Shown one piece after another: positions 23,583 through 33,458 of a stretch of 64,000 bases of DNA. The translations under genes and the position numbers were made by a program. This DNA comes from an uncultured delta proteobacterium (GTDB taxonomy: Bacteria; Myxococcota; Myxococcia; Myxococcales; Anaeromyxobacteraceae): contig CAVYBH010000008.1 in NCBI GenBank assembly GCA_963766715.1, forward strand, positions 768,001-832,000. Reading direction: 5' to 3'. The notes below the pieces were generated by a model. It did no database searches. It was given only the letters and a program-made list of their open reading frames with translations, and was not told the origin of the DNA. Every line of letters begins with the position of its first letter. The stretch's first letter is position 1.

Positions 23583-24832
23583 GGGATCACGAGCGCCATG
23601 CCCTGGCCGCGGAAGACCACGCCCACGACCGTGAGCACGGCGAAGGAGACCGCCACGAAGGTGAAGGCGGCCTGGACGGCCTCGAGGCGCGTTCCGCCGC
23701 GACGCCGCGCCGCCCAGGCCACGAGCGCGACCAGGCCCGCCGCGACGAGGAGCGGGATCGCGCCCCCTCGCACCGCCGGTGGAAGTCCCGGGAACCAGGG
23801 CCGGGCGCGGCGGAGGGGCTCGTTCGCGACCACCGCGCCGGCGGTGACGACGGCGGCCAGGACCGCGGCGCCGAGCGCCAGTCGCGCGCCGCGGGGAGAC
23901 CCGAACCACCGGCCGCTGGGGCGCTCCGCACCGCCGATCGACGGGAGGGCGACCAGCAGGGCCAGGGCGAGGAGCGGAACGGCCACGGCGCCGAACGCGG
24001 GGTGGAGGTGCACCAGCAGCTCCTGCACGCCCATGAAGTACCAGGGCGCCTTGGCCGGGTTGGGGCTCATCCCGGGGTTCGCCTGGGCGAGCAGCGGGGC
24101 GTTCCAGGCCGCGGCGAGCAGCATCACCGCGGCGAACACCACCAGCGAGGCCGTCCCTTCACGCCGGGTGAGCTCGGGCGAGGTGGGCACGAGCGGGCCG
24201 CGCGGCGAGGCCCGGTCCCCGGCGTCCTCGGGCAGGATCACGCCGCCCACCTTGCGCACCAGCCAGAAGTGGAAGGCGAGCAGGAGGAGCAGCGCGATGG
24301 GCAGGATGGCGACGTGGAGCACGAAGAAGCGGGCCAGCGTGGCCGGGCCGATGTCCGGGCCGCCGCGCGCTGCGCGGAGCAGCGTCGTCCCGATCCCCGG
24401 CACGTACTCGAGCATCCCGGTGGAGATGGTCACGGCCCAGTAGGCGAGCTGATCCCAGGGGAGCAGGTAGCCGGTGAAGGCGCAGGCGACGACGAGCAGC
24501 AGGAGGGCGACGCCCACCAGCCAGTTGCCCCGGCGCGGCGGGAGGTACCCGCCCCGGTAGAAGACGCGCAGCAGGTGGAGCAGGGTGACGAGCACGAGGC
24601 CGTTCGCCGCCCAGTGGTGGACGTTGCGGACGAGCGCGCCGAAGGGGATCTCGTCGACCAGCCGGGCCACGGTCCCGTAGGCCCGCTCCGGCGAGGGCTC
24701 GTAGACCACGAGCAGGAGCGCGCCGGTCACCGCGAGCAGCAGGAAGAGCACCGCCGCCGCGCCGCCCAGGCCGAAGGTCCGCGAGAGCGGCAGCGCGGCC
24801 GCCGGCACCACCCTCGGGTGCAGGTGGAGCAC
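23579..24832 (-). CDS. Cytochrome b (b6 plus subunit-IV-like fusion)
   Basis: RNVHHWAA/LHLLRVF and FFVLHV/AFHFWLVRK heme His pairs, TGYLLPWDQ, KAPWYF; start uncertain. Confidence 0.9.
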   Translation of the reverse strand: MLHLHPRVVPAAALPLSRTFGLGGAAAVLFLLLAVTGALLLVVYEPSPERAYGTVARLVDEIPFGALVRNVHHWAANGLVLVTLLHLLRVFYRGGYLPPRRGNWLVGVALLLLVVACAFTGYLLPWDQLAYWAVTISTGMLEYVPGIGTTLLRAARGGPDIGPATLARFFVLHVAILPIALLLLLAFHFWLVRKVGGVILPEDAGDRASPRGPLVPTSPELTRREGTASLVVFAAVMLLAAAWNAPLLAQANPGMSPNPAKAPWYFMGVQELLVHLHPAFGAVAVPLLALALLVALPSIGGAERPSGRWFGSPRGARLALGAAVLAAVVTAGAVVANEPLRRARPWFPGLPPAVRGGAIPLLVAAGLVALVAWAARRRGGTRLEAVQAAFTFVAVSFAVLTVVGVVFRGQGMALVIP

Positions 24833-24918
24833 GAGGTGGGAGAAGCCGGAGGGCTTCCTCTCGGGTGCGGGGCCGGTGCCCTGCCCTGTGGTCGCGGTGG
24901 CGATGCGCGGATTCTAGC

Positions 24919-25955
24919 CTAGGGCTCGAAGGCGAAGATCCTCTTCCAGTCGTCCTTCATGCTGATGACCACCCAGCCCTGCTTCCTCGCCTCGTCGTGG
25001 AGCGCCTGGGTGAAGGTGCCGACCTTCGTGTCGGGCAGCCCCTGCGCGGGCCCGTAGGCGTACTCCCGCTTCCCGTCGTCGTGCAGCACGATCATCGAGA
25101 GGCGCGCGCCCTCGCCCGCCTTCGTGTACTCGAGCATCTGGCGGTCGCCGGTCGAGTTGCCGAACGCGGCGCGGGGCCGCCGGCCGATCAGGAGGTGGAT
25201 GCCCTCCGGCTTGCCGGCGTCGTTGTCGTTGAGGAGCAGCCTCGGCTCCTTGGTGAGGAAGGGCCTGCCGTCCGCTCCGTAGGCGTACTTCGTCCCCGCC
25301 GCGGTTCCCACCACCTGCTCGGGCGGGATGCCGTAGGTCGCCTCGGCGTAGGCCCGCACGAAGTCCTGGCCGCCGCCGGTGACGATGAAGGTCTTGTAGC
25401 CGTTCGCGCGCAGGTACCGGAGCAGCTCCTGCATGGGCAGGTAGGTGAGCTCGGTGTAGGGGCGCTTCCAGCGCGGGTCCCGGGCGTCGGCGATCCACTT
25501 CTTCACGCCGGCCTCGAACTGCTCCACCGAGACGCCCGTGAGCGTGGCCGCGGCGATCTTCTCGAGGTCCTTCATCGAGAGCTTCGCGATGGCCGCCCGG
25601 TCGCCGGAGAGCACGGTCTTGAACGGCTCCACCCGCGGCGAGGTCGGGCTTCGCCTTCACGAGCGCCGGGACCCGGTCCAGGCAGTACATCAGCTGCGTG
25701 TAGACGGGGTGCTCGACCCAGAGCGTCCCGTCCTGGTCGAAGGTGGCGATTCGCTCCGCCGGCGGCACGAATCTCGGGCTGGCGGGGTCGGTCGTCTCCT
25801 TCACGAAGGAGAGGATGGCCTGCCTGGCCGGCCCGTCGTTCCAGGACGGAAGCGGATCCACCTGGGCCTGGGCCTGCGCCTGCGCGCCGAGCACGAGCGC
25901 GGCGCAGCGCAGCGAGCACGCGGCCGGACGCCTGGAAACGTCGGACGACTTCCAT
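24919..25955 (-). CDS. Secreted HAD-family hydrolase / nonspecific acid phosphatase (frameshifted)
   Basis: Signal peptide, DPLPSWNDG, IATFDQDGTLWVE, IVTGGG, AFGNSTGDRQML, ISMKDDW. Confidence 0.88.
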
Positions 25956-25985
25956 GATTCCCCCTCCGGTCGTCGTGAGCCCCGC

Positions 25986-27660
25986 CTATCCGCCGCCGCC
26001 GATGCTGCGCGGATCCTTGCCCTTCAGGTTCTTCACGGCGTCGAGGAGCAGCGGCGCCGGGTTCTCCGGGTGCTGCAGGTCGGGGATGAGGTCGGTCGAG
26101 GCGCCGCCCGGGAACCGCTTGATGCTCGGGTACTTCATGATCGACCGGTCGAACTCGATCATGACCGGGAAGATGAGCGCCCCGATCCAGCCGTTGTCCT
26201 GCCCCGAGTACCGGCCCGGCGACGACGTCAGCACGCGGGCCGGCGCCGCGCCGTTGAAGATCATGTCGTACTTCTCGTACGGGTCCATGGTGAGGTTGTA
26301 GAGCGCGCCGATGGAGCCCAGGTTCGCCTCCACGCCCAGCCAGGAGTCCTTGGCGGTGTAGAGGTACTTCCAGGCGATGTTCACCCAGGGTTCCTGGGGG
26401 TCCCCGCCGATGTCGGCCCGCACGCCCTGGTAGGTCTCGCCGTCGATGTAGATCCAGGAGGTGCGCGCCGAGTGCGGCGCCTTGCCGAGGACGTAGGCGC
26501 TGTTGTCGATGCTGTCGAAGTAGATCGGCTTGCCGTCGTTGCCGACCCAGTCGCGCGGCGGCGGCGTGAGGCCGACCATGCCGGCGAGCGTCGCCCAGCA
26601 GTCGATGTGCGACATCATCTCGCCGTACTGGGCGCCGGCCTGGACGTGCCCGGGCCACCAGAGGATGCCGGGGACCCGCCAGCCGCCCTCGAAGGCGCTG
26701 CCCTTCATGCCGCGGAACGGCGTGGTGCCCGCGTCCGGGTAGGCGTCCTGCCAGGCGCCGTTGTCGGCGGTCACGATGACGATGGTGTTGGGCGCGTGGG
26801 TCCGGATGGCCTCCATGATCCGGCCGATGTCGGCGTCGAGCTCCATGAGGGAGTCGGAGTAGTCGCCCAGGTGCGACCGGCCGCGGAACTCGGGCGCGGC
26901 GTTGGTCGGGTTGTGCATCTTGATGAAGTTCACGTCCATGAAGAACGGCTTGCCGTCCTTGGCGTGCTTCTGGATGTAGGCCACCGCCGAGTCGGCCTGC
27001 CGGATGTCGAAGGTGGCGAGCGCGGCGTAGTCGATGGTGCCGACCTTCCTGGCCGGCTGCCCGGCCGACCCTTCCCACTCGCCCAGGTTCACGACCTCGT
27101 CGTAGGCCTTCGCGAAGGCCGGGTTGTACGAGGGGAACCAGGGGTGGAACCACTTGGAGGTGTCGTTGTAGGCGTAGACGCCCGCGTAGTAGGCGGCGAA
27201 GTGCTTCATCTCGTCGAAGCCGTGCTCGGTCGGATACGACGCCGGCTTGTCGCCCATGTGCCACTTGCCGGAGAAGTAGGTCGAGTAGCCGTTCTTCTGG
27301 AAGAACTCGGCGATGGTCGGGGTCTCCTTGCGGAGGTAGTTCTGGTCTCCGGGGGCGACCACGATCGAGAGCGCCGACCGGATGGGGATGCGCCCGGTCA
27401 TGAAGGAGGCGCGGCCGGCGGTGCAGCTCGCCTGCCCGTACCAGCTCGTGAAGATCGCGCCCTCCTTGGCGATCCGGTCGACGTGCGGCGTGGGGTGGCC
27501 GAGCGATGCGCCTCCGCCCGTGTAGGCGCCGAAGTCGCCCCAGCCGGTGTCGTCGGTCATGAGCACGACGATGTTGGGCTTCGGGATCGGCGGCGGACGC
27601 CTGGCCGGCGGCGAGCGCGATCGAGACCGCGGCGATTCGGAGGAGAGGAGATCGGATCAT
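25986..27660 (-). CDS. Arylsulfatase-family protein 1 (secreted, Cys-type)
   Basis: TDDTG, SCTAGRASF, GKWHMG, DNG, KGSAFEGGWRVP; signal peptide. Confidence 0.92.
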
Positions 27661-27770
27661 GGCGGGCCTCCCTGGGTTCCGGGCATTCTGGACCCTCGGC
27701 AAGGGCTCCGGAGGCTCCCGCTGGGGTCCCCACCCGCCTTCCCTGGCCCCCTTCACCCCGGGGAAATGAA

Positions 27771-27799
27771 GACGGGCGACCCCTTGGGGGCCGCCCGTC
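27771..27799 (-). terminator. Intergenic hairpin downstream of sulfatase 2
   Basis: gacgggcg..cgcccgtc inverted repeat about 30 nt past the stop. Confidence 0.4.
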
Positions 27800-27830
27800 G
27801 CGTCCACGGGCCGGTCCGGCGTCCCGCGGG

Positions 27831-28080
27831 CTAGTCGCTCGCGTGCCCGGCCTTCTTCATCTGGTCCAGGATCCCGCTCAGGTTGTAGGTCTCGCGGCGC
27901 CTGGAGCGGCGGGAACTTCGCGTAGGACATGAGATGCCCCTCCCAGAGCTGCTGGCCGATGGGCAGGATGTTCCAGTCGTACAGGAAGGCGGTCACCGGG
28001 CCGCCGAGCGCGACGCCCAGGCTCAGCGCACGACTTCTGGTCGAGTCCAACGTTCTGCTCGAAGGGATCGCGCTTGAGAT
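27831..28080 (-). repeat. About 250-bp near-identical direct repeat, copy 1 (3' end of sulfatase 2)
   Basis: Matches 29592-29840; both encode GPVTAFLYDWNILPIGQQLWEGHLMSYAKFPPLQAP...KKAGHASD*. Confidence 0.85.
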
Positions 28081-29416
28081 TCTGGATGAGCGGCCAGTGG
28101 ATCGGGATGCGGTGGCGATGTTCAGCCGTCCACGCCGGCTGCGACGCGTGTAGTTCACCTTCCAGTTGTTCCAGCGGACCGCGTTCAGCGTCGCCTCCCG
28201 GCGAAGTAGAAGATCTCCTCGCGCGGCGGCCTTCTTCGCCTCCCCTTTGAAGTAGTCGCGCAGAGTTGTAGCCGTCGAGCGTGGACCTTCCAGGTACTTG
28301 CCGTTCGCGGTGTAGACCCTTGGACGAGCTTCTCCACGACGTCCGGCACCCCGGCTGCCGCAAGGAAGGTCGGCATCCAGTCCTCCTGCGGAGAAGATCT
28401 CGTTGCGCTTCGTGCCCGGCTGGAGGACGCCCGGCCAGCGGACGATCATGGGCACCCGCATGCCGCCCTCCCAGGTCGTGCCCTTCTCGCCGTGGAAGGG
28501 GGTGATGCCGCCGTCCGGCCAGCTCGCCGTCTCGGCGCCGTTGTCGGTGCCGTAGACCACGATGGTGTCGTTCGCGATCCCCAGGTCGTCGAGCTTCTTC
28601 AGCAGGCGCGCCGACCATGTCGTCGTGCTCGACCATGCCGTCCGGGTAGAGGCCGATGCCGGTGCGCCCCTGCGCCGAGGGCTTGAGGTGGGTCCAGACG
28701 TGCATCCGGGTGGTGTTGAACCACACGAAGAAGGGCTTCTTGTCCTTCACGTTCTTGTCGATGAACTTGTCGGCGGCGGCGAGGATCTCCTGGTCGATGG
28801 TCTCCATCCGCTTCGAGGTGAGCGGGCCCGTGTCCTCGATCCGCTGGCCGCCCTTGCCGTCCGACCAGGTGTGGAGCACGCCGCGCGGCCCGTACTTCTT
28901 CTTGAAGGCCGGGATCCTTCGGGTAGTAGTAGGTCTCCGGCTCTTCCTCGGCGTTCAGGTGATAGAGGTTTCCGAGGAACTCGTCGAAGCCGTGCATCGT
29001 CGGCAGGTGCTGTCGCGGTCGCCCAGATGGTTCTTGCCGAACTGGCCGGTGGCGTAGCCCTGCGGCTTGAGCAGGTCGGCGATGGTCGGAGCCGAGTCCG
29101 GGATGCCCTGCGGCGAGCCGGGCATGCCGATGGTGAGCAGCCCGGTGCGGAACGGATGCTCGCCCAGTGATGAAGGAGGCGCGACCGGCGGTGCAGCTCT
29201 GCTGCGCGTAGGAGTCGGTGAAGAGCGCGCCCTCCCTGGCGATGCGGTCGATGTGGGGCGTCTGGTAGCCCATGATCCCGTGGCTGTAGGCGCTGATGTT
29301 GTGCACGCCGATGTCGTCGCCCCAGATGACGAGGATGTTGGCTCTTGCTGCTGGGCCGACGCCGGCGCGGCCACGGCCAGCGCGAGTGCGGCACAGAGGA
29401 TGAGCGATCTCTTCAT
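27831..29416 (-). CDS. Arylsulfatase-family protein 2 (many indels)
   Basis: NILVIWGDDIG, SCTAGRASF, GKNHLGD, NTTRMHVWTHL, GEKGTTWEGGMRVP. Confidence 0.85.
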
Positions 29417-29521
29417 GGTGGCGGCCCCCGGGTGGAACGATTAGGTGCGGTGACTGACGGTGAAGCTTTCCACGGGCGTCCACGGGCGCCAGGGATCGCT
29501 CAACCGGGACGGCGCGCCCCT

Positions 29522-29558
29522 GACGAGACGGGCGCCCCGCATGGGGCGCCCGCTCGTT
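29522..29558 (-). terminator. Intergenic hairpin downstream of sulfatase 3
   Basis: acgagacgggcgcccc-gcat-ggggcgcccgctcgt. Confidence 0.45.
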
Positions 29559-29591
29559 TACGTCAGGCGAGCTCCGGCCTGGGTCCGCGCG

Positions 29592-29840
29592 CTAGTCGCT
29601 CGCGTGCCCGGCCTTCTTCATCTGCTCGAGGATCCCGCTCAGGTTGTAGGTCTCGGGAGCCTGGAGCGGCGGGAACTTCGCGTAGGACATGAGATGCCCC
29701 TCCCAGAGCTGCTGGCCGATGGGGAGGATGTTCCAGTCGTACAGGAAGGCCGTCACCGGGCCGCCGAGCGCACCGCCCATGGCCAGCGACGACTTCTGGT
29801 CGAGCCCGACGTTCTGCTCGAAGGGATCGCGCTTGATGTT
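29592..29840 (-). repeat. About 250-bp near-identical direct repeat, copy 2 (3' end of sulfatase 3)
   Basis: Matches 27831-28080. Confidence 0.85.
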
Positions 29841-31284
29841 CTGGACCAGCGTGAAGTGGAACGGGATGAGCGGCATGATCCAGCCGGCCGGCCCGGGCTG
29901 CGACATCGTGTAGTACATCTTCCAGTTCTTGTAGCGGACCGCCGACGGCGTCGATCCGGAGAAGTAGAAGAAGTGGTCGCGCGCCGACTTGTCGGACTTG
30001 CCTTCCAGGTAGTCGCGCTGGTCGAAGCCGTCGAGCGTGGTCTTGACGATGCCCGGGTACTTGCCGGCCTCGATCTGCTTCCTCAGCCCGTCCCCCGTGG
30101 GGCCGCCGGCGATGTCGACGAGCGTCGGCAACCAGTCGAGCGCGGCGAAGAGCTTGTTCTTCACCGTGCCCGGCTTGATGTGCCCCGGCCAGCGAACGAC
30201 CAGCGGGGCGCGGTAGCCGCCCTCCCAGGCCTCGCCCTTCTGCCCCTTGAACGGCGTGACGCCGCCGTCGGGGAAGCTGATCGCCTCGGCGCCGTTGTCG
30301 GTGGTGAAGACGACGATGGTGTTGTCGAGCTCGCCCATGTCCTCCAGCTTCTTCAGGACGTAGCCGATGTTGTCGTCGAGCTGCTTCATGCCGGCCTCGT
30401 TGACGCCCCAGTCCTTGCCGCCGGGCTCGCCGACCATGGCGTAGTACTTGTCCGACAGCACGGTGGTGACGTGCATGCGCGCCGGGTTGTACCAGACGAA
30501 GAAGGGCTTCCCGGTCTTCCTGGGCTGGTTGCGATCGAGGAAGTCGATGACCTTGGCGGAGATCTCCTCGTCCACCGTCTTCGATCGCTCCAGCGTGAGC
30601 GGCCCCTCGTCCTTGCAGGTCTGGTTCTTCGCCGTGCCGTCGGAGGACTTGCAGTGGATGACCGGGCGCGGCGGCGTGAGGCAGATCGTGGTCCGGGGGT
30701 CCACGGCGCCGGGCACCTCGGGAGCCCGGGACCGGCGGTGTTCTTGCACGGCGGCGCGATGCCCTGGACGAGCGGGGTCTTGTTGATGTCGGGGAAGCTC
30801 ACGCCCTGCATCGCGTCCAGGTGGTAGAGGTAGCCCCAGTACTCCTGGAAGCCGTGGGCCGTGGGCAACGACTCGGTGTGATCGCCCAGGTGGTTCTTGC
30901 CGAATTCACCCGTGGTGTATCCGAGGTCGCGCAGGAAGACGGCCAGCGCCGGCGTCCCGGGCGCAGGTAGGACGGGCTGCCGGGCAGCTGCGGCGGGATC
31001 ATGCCGGTGCGCAGCGGGTACATCCCGGTGAAGAAGGCGTTGCGGCCGGAGGTGCAGCTCTGCATGGCGACGTAGTCCATGAAGATCGCGCCTTCCTGGC
31101 CGATGCGGTCGATGTTGGGCGTCTCGCCCACCATGAGGCCGCGATGGTAGATGCCCGGCTGCATCCAGCCGATGTCGTCTCCCATGATGAAGAGGATGTT
31201 GGGCTTCTTCTGCTGTGCGGATGCCGGCGAGGCCGCGGCCATCGCAAGGGCGGCGGCGCACAGGACGAGCGACGATCGTGTCAT
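29592..31284 (-). CDS. Arylsulfatase-family protein 3 (frameshifted)
   Basis: KPNILFIMGDDIGW, SCTSGRNAF, GKNHLGD, NPARMHV, WEGGYRAP. Confidence 0.9.
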
Positions 31285-31390
31285 GGAATCCCCCATGGTG
31301 CTCGAAGATGGACTGCTCTCGACCGTGTAGCGCGGCGCGGCCCGGCCTTCCAGGGTGATAATCCAGACATCCCCGGATGGGCGCTTTCAG

Positions 31391-31404
31391 TAACTGTTGG
31401 TTAT
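31391..31404. promoter_or_regulatory. Putative LysR recognition box
   Basis: TAAC-tgttg-GTTA dyad (T-N11-A) between the divergent sulfatase 3 and LysR genes. Confidence 0.45.
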
Positions 31405-31412
31405 GATGTCGC

Positions 31413-32350
31413 ATGCTTCTCGACATCCGGGAGATCCAGCACGTCACCGCCATCGGCCGCTTCCGGAACTTCGCCCGGGCCGCCGAGTCGCTCGGCATCA
31501 GCCAGCCGGCCCTCAGCAAGAGCATCCGCGGGATCGAGACAGGCGCTCGAGGTCCGGCTCTTCGAGCGGAGCCGCAAGCGGCGTGATCCCCGACGGCGTT
31601 CGGGGAGGTGATCCTGGCCGGCTCCGGGCCCGGTGCTCCGGAGCGTGGACGACGTGCTCGGCGGAGCTCCGCCGCCTGAAGGGGCTCGAGGAAGGAACGC
31701 TGCGGGTCGGCGCCGGAGCCTTCGCGCTGGAGACTGTCGGTCGACGAGGCGGCGACTGCGCCTGGCCAGCGCGCCACCCGCCCTCCAGCTGCGCTCGTGT
31801 CGAGGGGGACTGGGAGTCCCTCACGCGGAAGGTGCTGGCCGGCTCGCTCGACGTGGCGGTGGCCGAGGTGACGGCGGCCGAGCAGGAGCCGCAACTCTCG
31901 GTGGAACGGATGGGCGAGCACGGAGGGGTCTTCTACTGCCGCGCGGGCCATCCCTGCTCTCGCGACCAGGACGGCTTCGAGGACTCGCTCGGCGTTCCCG
32001 CTGGCGATGAACCCGCTCCCCGGGCGGCGTCGCGCCTTTCTTCGAGCGCCGGCGCGGCAGGACGGTTCGACGCGGCGTCCGGACACTTCCTCCCCGCCAT
32101 CACGCTCGACTCGGTGTCCCTCATGAAGCGTGCCGTCCGGGAGACCGACGCGGTCAGCTGGGCGACCGAGGTCCTCATCGCCTCCGAGCTGCGCGAGGCC
32201 GCTCGTGCCCTGCCCGTTTCGGCCCTCCTGGGCCCGGCTAAACTACGGGATCATAGAAGCGAGGACCGCCGGTGATGCCTGCGTTGGAGATGTTCCTGCC
32301 GAGCTCCGTCGGAGGAGAAGCGGATCTCGGAGGCCGGGCCCCGCGCCGAC
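31413..32350 (+). CDS. LysR family transcriptional regulator (heavily indel-damaged)
   Basis: MLLDIREIQHVTAIGRFRNFARAAESLGISQPALSKSI HTH; GTLRVGAG; LAGSLDVAV. Confidence 0.8.
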
Positions 32351-32408
32351 GGCGCCGGCGACGACGAGTCCACGGGGCGACGAAGTGAGGGCTCGCTCCG
32401 CGCACCCG

Positions 32409-33230
32409 CTAGAAGATAGAGGTCAGCGGCGGCAGGGAAGCTGCACGCGGAGCGTCACTACGGCGAGACGCCAAGCCGCACGGCGTTGTAGTAGGCGGAC
32501 ACGTTGCCGTTGAAGGGGAGCTTGCAAATGCGGAAGATCTTCCCGCCGCCGGCGCAGAACGGGACACCCACTGCTGCCCGGACGCGGCTTGCAGTCGGCG
32601 GTGAGGATGGGAGAGGTGGTCAGGTACCAGCCTCCGTGGAGGTTGTAGTTCACGAAGAACTGGATGAGCATCTGGCTCGCGCTCGCCCCGGCCACAGACC
32701 AGACGTGGTTCACGAGCGCGCCGAGCACCCAGTAGCCCGGCATGGAGAGCACGACCGCCGAGGGTCCGAGACCCAGGTGGACTGAGAGCGGTGAACGGTG
32801 AGCTGGCGGTGGGGAAGCGAAGCCACCGGGCCCGCGCCCAGATGACGGCCCGGGTTCGCGGGCGACGGAACACCGTGACGCGTCAGATCACCGAGCCGGT
32901 GGTGACCGACCGCCGGTGAAGCTCGGCTGGGAGACGATGGGCAGGATGGTCCGGGTGATGACGTTACAGTCCTCGGAGACGTGCAGCGGGATGACCGGCT
33001 GGATGTTGAGGACGTTCTGGGCGTCTTGTTCCCCGGACCGTACCCGAACCGATGTTGTCCTGGAACGGGACGCTGGTAGTCGGAGAAGGGGTTCTGCGTG
33101 GCCCTGGCGAGCTTCTCGGTGCTCCTCCTGGGTCTTCCCGCTCGACGCCTCCTGGCGCGAGCCGTGGCGGAGAGGGACAGGGGGGCGCAGGCGGCGAGGG
33201 ACAGGCGGATCCGTTTGAGGAGGGCATGAG
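32409..33230 (-). CDS. Outer-membrane protein ('neuromedin U'-annotated transporter family), heavily indel-damaged
   Basis: EKLARATQNP, VPFQDN, VLNIQPVIP, ITRTILPIVSQP, LGALVNHVWSVAG, QFFVNYNLHGGWYLTTSPILTAD. Confidence 0.7.
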
Positions 33231-33458
33231 ATCGTCTGGTTTCCAAAGCGGGAGCCGAGGCCCACCTGCGGCGTCCACGCGGTTTTGGGCATTCGGAATA
33301 TCACGGGGCCCCGCGCCGAGACCTGGCCTGGATGCGGTCCCGCCAGGATAGAGCCGGCGAGGGCCGTCGCGATCACGCTCGCGACTGGACTGGAATGAAG
33401 AGTGTGGCTGCGGGATCATCGTGGAAGGCACGGGGTCCATCGAGCGAACGCTGGCCTG

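Noticed and set aside
20663..27932. Long alternative-frame and antisense ORFs (for example 20663-23041, 20854-23085, 25743-27932)
   Set aside because: They are Arg/Gly/Pro-rich shadows of real genes, expected at this GC content, with no motifs.
32409..33230. 'Neuromedin U' as a eukaryote-like hormone gene
   Set aside because: The name is a legacy annotation for a bacterial outer-membrane protein family; the sequence shows beta-barrel features.
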